Positions 52,501 to 63,300 of a stretch of 64,000 bases of DNA are shown here, piece by piece; position 1 is the first letter of the stretch, and each line of letters begins with the position of its first letter. The notes under the pieces are model-generated. The model saw only the letters and a program-made list of their open reading frames with translations, had not been told where the DNA came from and did no database searches. A program made the translations under genes and the position numbers. This stretch comes from Macrostomum lignano (lineage: Eukaryota), in NCBI GenBank assembly GCA_002269645.1, contig NIVC01000051.1:372001-436000 (forward strand). The letters are read 5' to 3'.

Positions 52501-54907
52501 CGCCAAAAAGTCGCCTATGTCAATTCGAGGCGTTCTGTTATCTTCATCTCTGAAAGGACTCTGGGCGCGACGCAAGTGACCCTGTGGCGCTTCTACTGAA
52601 GTATAATGACTCTGGAGTCGTAGAGTCATATCTGATGCGTGTTAGAGTCGCTGTAGAATCACGGGGTTGCGTCACTTAATGAATTAGAATCGCATTTTGC
52701 ATTTAGTCTACTGAGTTACAGTTGGGTTCGCGAGGAAAGGCTCAATTCTCGCGAGAATCTGTGTGTAACTCGTTCGTCATTGGCTGAGCCATTAACTGGG
52801 GAGAGTAAGATTGAGCGCTGTTTGAGGTGGGTTGTTTATAGAGGTTGCCCGCTTTTTCGGCGTCCACCTTAACAGTTTCTCATAGTTTTTTTATGGCAAA
52901 CGCTTTCTATTTTTCCCTATCGAATACATTGTCTGACACTAATAGGGAGACTAACAGCAATTTCAGGAAGCTTGCAAATGGAGACTGGACGTCGCCTGAC
53001 GGACAAGCAACTTATTGATCTCCTGTCAAAGTTTTAATTAGAGAAAAGAAGTGTAGCTGAAATTAGTAGCGAAATGCAGGTCTCCCGGCGTGCCATCAGG
53101 CGCCATCTTATTCTGTCAAGAACAAAAATTAGCAAGGATAAATCTTGTAGTAGAAGGTCAAGCGCTACAACGTCTATTGACTAATTCTGCAACTCACGTA
53201 ATGCGCTCATGGGACTCAACAGTCGCCTCTCTGTCGCATTGCAGTCGTTTTAGTCGTTAAAAAAGTCGCAAGAGTCGCTCCAGAGTCGCTAAAGTCAACT
53301 AGAAAGTTGCTTGCAAAGACTCTCTAGCGATTTTTGTCACGGTAACGCCTTCAACGGGCATAACAACCTTTTCTGCTGCACCCAAATTTGCAATACACAT
53401 ACACCACTTATCCTTATTGAATCTTTCAAAGCAAAAATGCGGGTCCCAACGTATATTTTTAGGCGCATAGGACGCCATTCGTTAGGTAAATCGTATAACA
53501 TCTTTAATTAAAGACGACTGATGTAAAGCTATATCGATAGCAATCCCAAAGGGGCTTCAGGCAACCTGCTAGATGTTTTGCATTTGATATCGTCCTGATG
53601 ATTAAATTTCCATATATCTAGAAATTTGCAGACAGTGACCTACTGTTTTCCAATTTGCGATTGCAATCGTGCGTAATCTATCATTTAGTAAAGTAGATGT
53701 AGTATCGTAAATGAATTGAGGAACATATTCTATAGCAAGCTGAGGGGATCTCAATAATCTAAAATCCCATTTTATACACCTCAACGGAAAATGGTAAAGT
53801 TGATTTTAAACTCATTGCATCGGCCTGAAAAAATGGCGAAACTGCCGCTATGATAATTCGCTTCTATTATATCGGACTAAGTTGGCGGCTCAACTTCCGC
53901 ATCATCGCAGCTCAATATAGGATACTCAATCTTGTTCTCATTCTCACCTTGTCGTCAAGTTTCTCATCGGCAAGATTTCGCTGCTGCAGAAATTTAGTCC
54001 GACTTTCCAGTATCTCGGCAATCACTTCGATCCGTTCGAATCCGAGCAGCTCTAATAGTTCATTTTGAATAGAGTCATCGCTGCCGGCTGATTCAAGCAC
54101 GGCAGCTGTTGGCTCAGCAAGCTCCGCGCCTGTCAGTGTAGCTAGCCAATTTAGATTATACTGAACAGACTGCCTACTCAACTCAGTAGTCTGCTGCTTA
54201 GATTGCTGTGGTTTATAAGCAAGCGAAAAATTCTGTATATAAGACGGCACATTGTCGCCCTCGTCTGGGGCGGCAAAAAAGTTCTCGTTGTACTCTTCAA
54301 CGTCGGCAGAATTCTTTGCATCGAAATCTGTTAGAGCATCGTTGAACTTAACAGTCTGACCAAACATAGTCTCAGTTGAGTCCGATTTATCAACGTCTCC
54401 ATTTTTAACATCAACAGAATCTATCGCTTCGTTCCAATCTGGACCAACAGCTTCTGCTAATCTGCGACAGGCTGCTATAGTTCGATCAATCAGTGCCGTG
54501 TCTGAGCATCCAGTGTTCCGTTTGAGCTGGTCTCGCATTCTCAGCGTGGCTTCTAATGGACGGCAAGCGCTCATAAAGAATTGCGCGCAACTAACGCGCC
54601 AATCTGGCGAGTCGGTGCCAACAGCGGATCTCAACAATGCATCAGCATCGTCCGCTATTTTGTTTAAATTGCCTGTTGAACTAGTTCGAGACTTTAATCT
54701 AGTTAATAGTTTAGGCCAATCGAGTGCGTTCTGTTGAGCGCGTTCAAAACGCCAACGACGTTTAGCATCAAGATCGTCATTGGCCAGTACTGCGGGACTG
54801 ACTGGCAATGCGCGATCGTCTGCTTGTTGTTCATCAGCGTTAGAAAACACGCGCAATGCTGTTGTGAAGCGAGGCAGAACGGATGCTGACGGACTAGGAT
54901 GAGGCAT
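40988..54907 (-). CDS. ASCC3: Activating signal cointegrator 1 complex subunit 3 (Ski2-like helicase with two RecA/Sec63 cassettes; Slh1 orthologue), ~2150 aa, 11 exons
   Basis: Exons 54907-53948, 51988-50936, 50347-49298, 48791-48300, 47222-46662, 45816-45381, 45124-44844, 44653-44171, 43724-43201, 42428-42176, 41344-40988 (6450 nt, in phase). Cassette 1: [29 protein letters not shown]. Cassette 2: [28 protein letters not shown]. The N-terminal [13 protein letters not shown] resembles the ASCC3 N-terminus rather than SNRNP200. The exon 1-2 junction is the least certain. Confidence 0.93.
41388..42128. repeat. 23-bp G-rich minisatellite G(A/G)TCAGGGGATGGGAGCTGAAGG
   Basis: Direct tandem units in the last ASCC3 intron. 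Confidence 0.93.
42450..43185. repeat. 22-23-bp minisatellite GGTTCAGGG(G)CGATTCTAGTGAT grading into GGCTTAGGGGCGATTCAAAGAAT
   Basis: Direct tandem units. Confidence 0.92.
43760..44125. repeat. Degenerate ~40-bp repeat rich in AGGTCA
   Basis: GCTGAGGTCAATT(A/G)AGGTCAA recurs. Confidence 0.75.
45157..45352. repeat. (TCTG)n microsatellite
   Basis: Direct inspection. Confidence 0.93.
45876..46633. repeat. (ATCT)n microsatellite, ~760 bp
   Basis: Direct inspection. Confidence 0.95.
47478..48170. repeat. 20-bp minisatellite TAGTTAGTTTATGAGG(T/C)TAC
   Basis: Direct tandem units. Confidence 0.93.
48880..49270. repeat. Near-perfect 20-bp minisatellite ATCTACCCTAGCCTCACTCA
   Basis: Identical units, visible as repeated 60-nt lines. 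Confidence 0.96.
50545..50810. repeat. 36-bp minisatellite GGAGTGACCCCAAGCTAATCACAGGTGGGATACATA
   Basis: About 7 tandem units. Confidence 0.9.
52358..53358 (+). mobile_element. Degenerate TIR DNA transposon with a transposase-like HTH remnant
   Basis: Imperfect TIRs CCCGATGAAAACTGTACC / CCCGTTGAAGGCGTTACC. 52978-53184 reads [43 protein letters not shown] (HTH-like, one stop). Both ends are shared with 57518-57761. Confidence 0.65.
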
Positions 54908-55034
54908 GCTGCTAATTAGCATCAAATTGTGATTGTAAAGCCTGAGTTTCTCGAAACCCATTTGTTAAGAGAAAACGAAAAAAATGTTGGGCTAGAGACA
55001 TAGATTTGTAGGAAATAGGTACTCTGACAGACGA

Positions 55035-56145
55035 TTGGGGTGGTAAATGGGTACTGGGATAGAGAATTGGGTGGGAAATGGGTACTGGGATAGAGGATGG
55101 GTGGGAAATGGGTACTGGGATAGAGGATGGGGTGGGATTTGGGTACTGGGATAGAGGATGGGGTGGGAAATGGGTACTGAGATAGAGGATGGGGTGGGAT
55201 TTGGGTACTGGGATAGAGGATGGGGTGGGAAATGGGTACTGAGATAGAGGATGGGGTGGGATTTGGGTACTGGGATAGAGGATGGGGTGGGAAATGGGTA
55301 CTGAGATAGAGGATGGGGTGGGAAATGGGTACTGAGATAGAGGATGGGGTGGGATTTGGGTACTGGGATAGAGGATGGGGTGGGATTTGGGTACTGGGAT
55401 AGAGGATGGGGTGGGATTTGGGTACTGGGATAGAGGATGGGGTGGGAAATGGGTACTGAGATAGAGGATGGGGTGGGATTTGGGTACTGGGATAGAGGAT
55501 GGGGTGGGATTTGGGTACTGGGATAGAGGATGGGGTGGGATTTGGGTACTGGGATAGAGGATGGGGTGGGAAATGGGTACTGGGATAGAGGATGGGGTGG
55601 GATTTGGGTACTGGGATAGAGAATTGGGTGGGAAACGGGTACTGGGATAGAGAATGGGGTGGGAAATGGGTACTGGGATAGAGGATGGGGTGGGAAATGG
55701 GTACTGGGATAGAGGATGGGGTGGGAAATGGGTACTGGGATAGAGGATGGGGTGGGAAATGGGTACTGAGATAGAGGATGGGGTGGGAAATGGGTACTGG
55801 GATAGAGGATGGGTGGGAAATGGGTACTGAGATAGAGGATGGGGTGGGAAATGGGTACTTGGATAGAGGATGGGTGGGAAATGGGTACTGGGATAGATGA
55901 TGGGGTGGGAAATGGGTACTGTGACAAGATTGGATGGGAAATGGGTACTGTGACAAGATTGAATGGGAAATGGGTACTGTGACAAGATTGGATGGGAAAT
56001 GGGTACTGTGACAAGATTGGATGGGAAATGGGTACTGGGATAGACGATTGGGTGGGAAATGGGTATTGTGACGGGATTGGGGTGGGAAAAAGGTACACTG
56101 TGACAGGATTGGGATGGGAAAAGGGTAGTCACAGGATTGGGTGGG
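55035..56145. repeat. 31-bp G-rich minisatellite GGGTACTGGGATAGAGGATGGGGTGGGA(AAT/TTT)
   Basis: Direct tandem units between RIOK1 and ASCC3. Confidence 0.93.
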
Positions 56146-56544
56146 AACTTCGACTATAAAACACGCTTTTAAAGTACAAGAGAATAAACTAAAGCAGAGT
56201 AAAATTCAAAAAGGAGACTCAAACTCGTAGGTCAAGAATTTATCACTCTAAACTAACAATACAGGCTGCTAATGACTCAACGAGCAACAAACAAACCAGC
56301 GTATATTTTAGCCAAACAGATCTAAGAAGACAGACAAATAGAAATACAACGACTGGCTAGTTACAATAAGCGGTACTCAATGCAGGTTATCAATAATATG
56401 CGAAAAATGTTATAGATTCCTATATACACAGGAAGGTAGACACATTTCCAGTTACGTCGCTTAAATCTATATTCTACTCTCAAAGTGAATCTTTTTATCC
56501 AGCTCCTAACGGTGCTTCGCTACCTGGAAAATGAGCTGTATTGT

Positions 56545-56875
56545 AGCCAGCAACTGGGGATCAGGGAAGCCGGGACAGCAACTGGGGATCTGGGAGGATG
56601 GCCCAGCAACTGAGGATCTGGGAGGCTGGCCCAGCAACTGGGGATCAGGGAAGCCGGGACAGCAACTAGGGATCTGGGAAGCCGGGACAGCAACTGGGGA
56701 TCTGGGAGGCTGGCTCAGCAACTGAGGATCTGGGAGGCTTTCCCAGCAACTGAGGATCTGGGAGGTTGTCCCAGCAACTGACACTCTGGGAGGTTGTCCC
56801 AGCAACTGACACTCTGGGAGGATGGCTCAGCAACTGAGGATCAGGGAGGCTGGCCGTGGCCCAGCAACTGAGGAA
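56545..56875. repeat. Diverged copy of the 28-29-bp family seen at 29090
   Basis: Contains GATCTGGGAGGCTGGCCCAGCAACTG units. Confidence 0.85.
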
Positions 56876-56942
56876 TTGACTAAGTCGCACAGCTTACGTT
56901 AATGTAAAAAAGCAACAAGCCCCCAAAAGAACATTGTTAGCC

Positions 56943-59900
56943 CTATTTTTTCTTAGCCTTAGTCTGCCTTTTCTTCTCGTGCTTCGGCACTTTGCTCTTC
57001 TGCTTCTCGCGCCTCTCAGCTTTCAACGCCTGCTTGCGAGCTTTCCTCTCCTCGGTGGTCTCATTGGGCGGCCGCTTCTGCTGCTGACCAGACGGTCGAT
57101 TTGCGCCATCGTCCTCCTCAGCTTCATCGGCCGATGATGTGACAGACGATCCAGACTCCGACGCTGTCGCATGTTCAACTTCATCATCAGCTGGCGGATT
57201 GTTCTCAGACCGAACCGCAGACTCATCATTAGCATCGCCATCGCCCGAGTCGCTCAGTAAGCCAGCCGTGCGTTTCGGTCCTTTTAAATCGTGACTCATA
57301 CCGGATACGGTGGCGAATAGCAGGTCGTGCTGGGTCAGCTTGCCCTGGCGCAATAGCAGTGCGTTTCGCTCGTAGTGAAGCACCTCTTCGAGGCGGCGGG
57401 GTATGTGCACTCCCTGGAGATTGGGACAGATGATGCAGACTGGCGGTTGAATCAGTAAATTTGTGTTTATTGTGAATAACCTGCCGAAAGATGGGTAGCA
57501 TCTCACCAATAGACAATCCTAGTGAAAACGGTGTAGCCTAGGCCAAGAAACGTCTCGGTCTCAGGTAACACGTGTAAAATAGGAAAGAAGTGACTCTAGA
57601 CGACTCTAAAACGACGAGATGTCCCGGTACAAGTCGCCAAAAAGTCGCCTAAGAATCAAACGACTGCAGTCATTTGAGTCGTTAAAAAAGTCGCTAGAGT
57701 CAACTAGTGAGTTGCTTGCAAGGACTCTAGTGATTATTCTCGCTGTAACGTTTTCAACAGGAATGAGATGTGGCTAGCATCTCACTTATATACAAAATGG
57801 AGGATGGGTAGCATCTCACCCATAGACAATGGAAGGTGGGTAGCATCTCGCCCATAGACAATGGCGGATGGGTAGCATATCACCCATAGACAATGGAGGA
57901 TGGGTAGCATATCACATACAGACAATGGAAGGTGGGTAGAATATCACCCATAGACAATGGAGGATGGGTAGCATCTCACCCATAGACAATGGAAGGTGGG
58001 TAGCATATCACATACAGACAATGGAAAGTGGGTAGCATATCACCCATAGACAATGGAGGATGGGTAGCATATCACATACAGACAATGGAAAGTGGGTAGC
58101 ATATCACCCATAGACAATGGAAGGTGGGTAGCATATCACATACAGACAATTGAAAGTGGGTAGCATATCACCCATAGACAATGGAAGGTGGGTAGCATAT
58201 CACGTACAGACAATGGAAGGTGGGTAGAATATCACCCATAGACAATGGAAGGTGGGTAGCATATCACATACAGACAATGGAAGGTGGGTAGAATATCACC
58301 CATAGACAATGGAGGATGGGTAGCATATCACATACAGACAATGGAAGGTGGGTAGAATATCACCCATAGACAATGGAGGATGGGTAGCATATCACATACA
58401 GACAATGGAAGGTGGGTAGAATATCACCCATAGACAATGGAGGATGGGTAGCATCTCACCCATAGACAATGGAAGGTGGGTAGCATATCACATACAGACA
58501 ATGGAAAGTGGGTAGCATATCACCCATAGACAATGGAGGATGGGTAGCATATCACATACAGACAATAGAAAGTGGGTAGCATATCACCCATAGACAATGG
58601 AAGGTGGGTAGCATATCACATACAGACAATTGAAAGTGGGTAGCATATCACCCATAGACAATGGAAGGTGGGTAGCATATCACATACAGACAATGGAAGG
58701 TGGGTAGAATATCACCCATAGACAATGGAGGATGGGTAGCATATCACATACAGACAATGGAAAGTGGGTAGCATATCACCCATAGACAATGGAAGGTGGG
58801 TAGCATATCACATACAGACAATGGAAGGTGGGTAGAATCTCACCCATAGACAATGGAAAATAATTGAATATTCCACAGCACAGCCCGCACCTGAAACGCC
58901 CCATCCACATCAGGAGGCTGTTCCCGCCCATTTGCAACATCTTGCAGAGCTGCCAGGCACCGTTCACAATTCTCCGCAGTGATAGTCGGATCGGTGATAA
59001 ACTCGAATAGTTCCTGATCGGACAGAATTCGAACCGGTTTCCGACTAAAAAATGCGTTCACATTGCGACAATCCGCTCTAAGGAAGGCAAAAGTCTGCGG
59101 ATGCTCGTGCTCAACGGATTGGGAGAAGTCAATCCAGATTACTTGGCCAGCGTTGTATAACAAATTGTATTCGCTGAGGTCCCCGTGTACAAGGCGACAC
59201 TGCTGGTAAAGGGTTCGCAGATTGCCCACAACCTGGCAATGGGATTGAGGAGTTTAAATGGATCACTGAACAGGCTTGAACTAATTTATGATCTAAATAT
59301 CCATTATAATGATAATTATCAGTGTTCTCAGAGTCCTTTATTATCAGTGTGCTAATCTAGTCGGAGTCCTTCATTATCAGTGTGCTAATCTAGTCAGAGT
59401 CCTTCATTATCAGTGTGCTAATCTAGTCAGAGTCCTTCATTATCAGTGTGCTAATCTAGTCAGAGTCCTTCATTATCAGTGTGCTAATCTAGTCGGAGTC
59501 CTTCATTATCAGTGTGCTAATCTAGTCAGAGTCCTTCATTATCAGTGTGCTAATCTAATCAGAGTCCTTCATTATCAGTGTGATAATCTAGTCAGTCTGT
59601 ATCTGAAACACGAGCTTACCTGCCAATACAGGCTGTGCCACAGCTCAGCATCATCGCTATCTACATCCTTTAACTTGGGCGCAGCGTCAGCCTCCTCCCC
59701 AATAAGCGTCATGAGCAGCACAACTCCCTTGAGTTTGATCGGTTTTGGCGCCGGTATGCCGGCTTGAGCAACTCGAAGCAGATTGCGAAATTCTTTCTCG
59801 GCCCATTTGCTAACTTTCTTCCAGGAGCGCTTGCCGACACCGTGACGAAGTCTGCGGTCGCCTGTCATGTACTTGTCGCGATTTTTGAATGGCATTACTG

Positions 59901-61274
59901 ACGTCATGTACACCTGCGGCAGTTGATTCGTGAGAACGGATGAGATTTTGGGGCGTTTAGGGGCGATTCTCATTGGGGTTTAGGGGGCGATTCTCGTTGG
60001 GGTTTAGGGGCGATTCTCGTTGGCGTTTAGGGGGCGATTCGCATTGGGGTTTAGGGGGCGATTCTCGTTGGGGTTTAGGGGGCGATTCTCGTTGGGGTTT
60101 AGGGGGCGATTCTCGTTGGGGTTTAGGGGGCGATTCTCATTGGGGTTTAGGGGCGATTCTCATTGGGGTTTAGGGGGCGATTCTCATTGGGGTTTAGGGG
60201 CGATTCTCATTGGGGTTTAGGGGCGATTCTCATTGGGGTTTAGGGGCGATTCTCATTGGGGTTTAGGGGGCGATTCTCATTGGGGTTTAGGGGGCGATTC
60301 TCATTGGAGTTTAGGGGGCGATTCTCATTGGGGTTTAGGGGCGATTCTCGTTGGGGTTTAGGGGCGATTCTCATTGGGGTTTAGGGGGCGATTCTCATTG
60401 GGGTTTAGGGGGCGATTCTCATTGGAGTTTAGGGGGCGATTCTCATTGGGGTTTAGGGGCGATTCTCGTTGGGGTTTAGGGGGCGATTCTCATTGGGGTT
60501 TAGGGGCGATTCTCGTTGGGGTTTAGGGGCGATTCTCATTGGGGTTTAGGGGGCGATTCTCATTGGGGTTTAGGGGGCGATTCTCATTGGAGTTTAGGGG
60601 GCGATTCTCATTGGGGTTTAGGGGCGATTCTCATTGGGGTTTAGGGGCGATTCTCATTGGAGTTTAGGGGCGATACTCATGGACCGCTTCGGGGCGAGTG
60701 TAAAATAGGTTATCCAGTAGGCCTTACTAAGCTGTGATTTTCATAGAAATTTAGTGGCTCAAGAAGCGATTTTTATTCTCAAAGTAGTCAAAGACAGGAC
60801 AATACAAAAATACTTATGTCGCACCTTAATGGCCAGATGGCCATACTCGGGACTAATAGCATAGTAAACATTTGCCTCTTTGCCGGCGCTAATGCAGCCT
60901 TCAATATTGGTCAGCACACCCTGTTGCAGCAATTTAAACATGACCCGCAAACTGCGCTGATCCAAGCAATTATCAGTGGTTGCCCGATCAGCTTTATCCC
61001 GAGTTCTCCTATCGGGTTTCACAAATCGATCACTGAGATCAACCAGGCGCTGATGCTGATCGAGCAGCTTAGCCTGCGGTTGCTGACCGCTGGAAGCGCT
61101 GACGCAGAGCCGGTCTAACGAGTCAGCCAGTCCGCTAATCCTAGCCAGCTCTGCATCGTCAATATCGTCAAAGTCGTCATCATAGTCGTCTTGACAATCC
61201 TGCTCATCAGACCCGGAAGAGGTAGCGCATCCTGCTTGCTCAGATTCCACTGTTGCTTGCATTGTTTGGTTCAT
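56943..61274 (-). CDS. RIOK1: Serine/threonine-protein kinase RIO1 (40S maturation), ~518 aa, 4 exons
   Basis: Exons 61274-60825, 59913-59620, 59232-58891, 57413-56943, all phase 0 (1557 nt). Motifs: DKADRAT, GCISAGKEANVY, FKNRDKY, WAEKEFRNL, LVHGDLSEYNLL, IDFSQSVEHEHP, plus a RIOK1-type basic tail (ERKARKQALKAERREKQKSKVPKHEKKR). Confidence 0.93.
57518..57761 (+). mobile_element. Internally deleted (~244 bp) derivative of the 52358-53358 element
   Basis: Shares AATAGGAAAGAAGTGACTCTAGACGACTC...GTACAAGTCGCCAAAAAGTCGCCTA and GTCGTTAAAAAAGTCGC...AGTTGCTTGCAA with the larger copy. It has imperfect TIRs and AAT on both flanks. Confidence 0.7.
57765..58858. repeat. 32-bp minisatellite ATGGAAGGTGGGTAGCATATCACCCATAGACA
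   Basis: Direct tandem units in RIOK1 intron 3. Confidence 0.93.
59315..59597. repeat. 33-bp minisatellite TTATCAGTGTGCTAATCTAGTCAGAGTCCTTCA
   Basis: About 8 tandem units in RIOK1 intron 2. Confidence 0.92.
59950..60680. repeat. 24-25-bp minisatellite GGGGTTTAGGGG(G)CGATTCTC(A/G)TT
   Basis: Direct tandem units in RIOK1 intron 1. Confidence 0.94.
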
Positions 61275-61519
61275 GAAAATTGATCATTATAAAGCACTTT
61301 GATAGACAGGGTTTTTAGTGTCAAAGCGTGTCATGACATTATCAACTTAGCATTGTCCTTAAGGCACTACTATTAGTAGTCAAAACAAGCACACTTCATT
61401 AAACAAAGCATTAAGCAAGGTTAATATTTTAATAAATAGACATTTAAATAACCGTCTTAAATAGCCATATTGAAGCTCAATCGTGAAAGACAAACAATCA
61501 TTATACTCCCGTTGGAAAA

Positions 61520-62690
61520 GTTATGCACCTGCAGAGGCATGAAAGGTGAACGAGGTGCACAAAAGAGGCACTTTGGTGGCCTATTTCGAGCGTGTTTTGG
61601 AAATGCACCTGAGTGCAACTTTTATGCCTAAATGTCACCAATATTTTTGAAAAGAGGCATGAAAGGTGTAAAATCGGTGAAGTGGTCAGGCAGAAGGTGA
61701 ATTCTCAATTTTGATTGGTTGCGGCGGTAGGGGCAGTAAAGGTGTACAAGGGGCACTGGAGGTGCGCAAAAGGTGAAGAGTAGGCTCACAAGTGAGGCAC
61801 AGCAGGTGCAGGAAAGGTGCTGAAGGGGCGCAGAAAGCGCATGAAAGGTGAATTAGAGGTGCATTCAAGGTGCATTTAAGGTGCATTTCAGGCACGAAAG
61901 GTGAATTAGAGGTGCATAAGGTGTACATGTGCGTAAATATGTATACAGGTGCATTTCCAAAACACGCTCGAAAGAGACCCTAAAGTGCCTCTTTTGTGCA
62001 CCTCGCTCACCTTTCATGCATATGCACGAATTAACGCATTAATAATTTGTAACAAAATTAACTGAGAGTTACATACTCGTACATTGCACGCACAGATTGA
62101 ACATAGAAAAGCTTTATTTACACCTATACTAATCGCTGCTATCCCCTTCCTACTCCTGACAAACCACGAAACTAAACATTTCCTATACTGATAAGTCTTA
62201 ATGACTTTCAAATACTCAGGAAAAGTTCCGAAAAGTGATGAAAAGGTTTGCATTAGTGAGGAAAAATGTCCAATAGTGAGAAAAGGTAGCAAAAAACTTC
62301 GCCAGTTGAAACTTCAATGCCCCTTGCATTGCCTCTACGCCTAAAGTGCCCACTGTGCACCTTTTATTCACCTTTCGTGCCTCCAGTGCACACTGTACAC
62401 TTTTTCTGCACCTCCACAGCAGCGCACCTTTTATTCACTTTTCACTCCCCCCAATGCCCCCAATTCCTACTTTATTCACCTTCTGTGCCTCAACGCACAC
62501 TGTGCACCTTTTATGCACCTAACTCCCCAACGACACCTGTGCCCCTACCGCCTATTTCGTGCCTCAAATTCACCTTCCGCCCCTGCAGAGGCACTCAGGT
62601 GAACAAAAGGTGCACAAGTGGCACAAAATAGGCATAAGAGAGGCGAAAGTGAGGCAGAAGGTGCAAAACTCTTCACCTTTCATGCCTACT
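61520..62690. mobile_element. Foldback/MITE-like region with a 75-bp inverted repeat and dispersed AGGCA(T/C)GAAAGGTG motifs
   Basis: 61537-61611 is the near-exact reverse complement of 61946-62019. Related motifs recur in both orientations out to ~62690. Confidence 0.55.
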
Positions 62691-63300
62691 TTAAAAACTC
62701 AAAATCCAACGGGACTCTTATCTTAAAATTTCCTATATCCAAGATCAGATTTGTGTTTTAAAGCAAGATCAAGCAATAATTTTATTACAAATTGAGATCA
62801 AGAATAAGTCAATTGAAAATTGGAGATCAGGCTGCAATTGTGAATTTGTATAGAATGAGTAAAAAAAAAAGAAGATTTTTCTAATACTTATGATAAGTTA
62901 TACATAAAATTTAGCCTATGGTTTTAGTATATGTCTTTGTCATCTTATATTTTATTTTATTTATTACTCAGCAGCCATAGTCTCGTTGCTCTAGCAGTAG
63001 CAGCCCCTAGTTCTTGGTGGCTCAGGGCCCCATAAGAAACATTAGCCTAAGACTAGCAAGGCACCAAGTGCTAGTGGAATCTCAACATTGTCAACCATAT
63101 ATACAACCACATTGTCAGAAAAAAATACTTCAAAGTTGGCTAAGAGAGTTTTATGATGTCTGCTGCTAGCTGTCTAACTAAGCTGCTATCCTAACTCAAC
63201 CTGCTCAGGCTATGCCCAAACTACTGCAACCTGACACTTAGCATTGGCAGTGGTAGGGTCCAGTTTTGCATGCATAAAATGTACTAGTGGCTAATAATTA

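Noticed and set aside
40988-54907. SNRNP200/Brr2 as the identity of the helicase
   Set aside because: The N-terminus matches the ASCC3 type ([13 protein letters not shown]), and the second cassette/C-terminus ([22 protein letters not shown]) are ASCC3-like.
54912-56132. Pro/Ser/His-rich ORFs upstream of ASCC3
   Set aside because: They are translations of the 31-bp minisatellite.
56943-61274. RIOK2 or RIOK3 as the identity of the kinase
   Set aside because: There is no RIOK2 winged-helix N-terminus or long RIOK3 N-terminal region, and the basic C-terminal tail is RIOK1-type.
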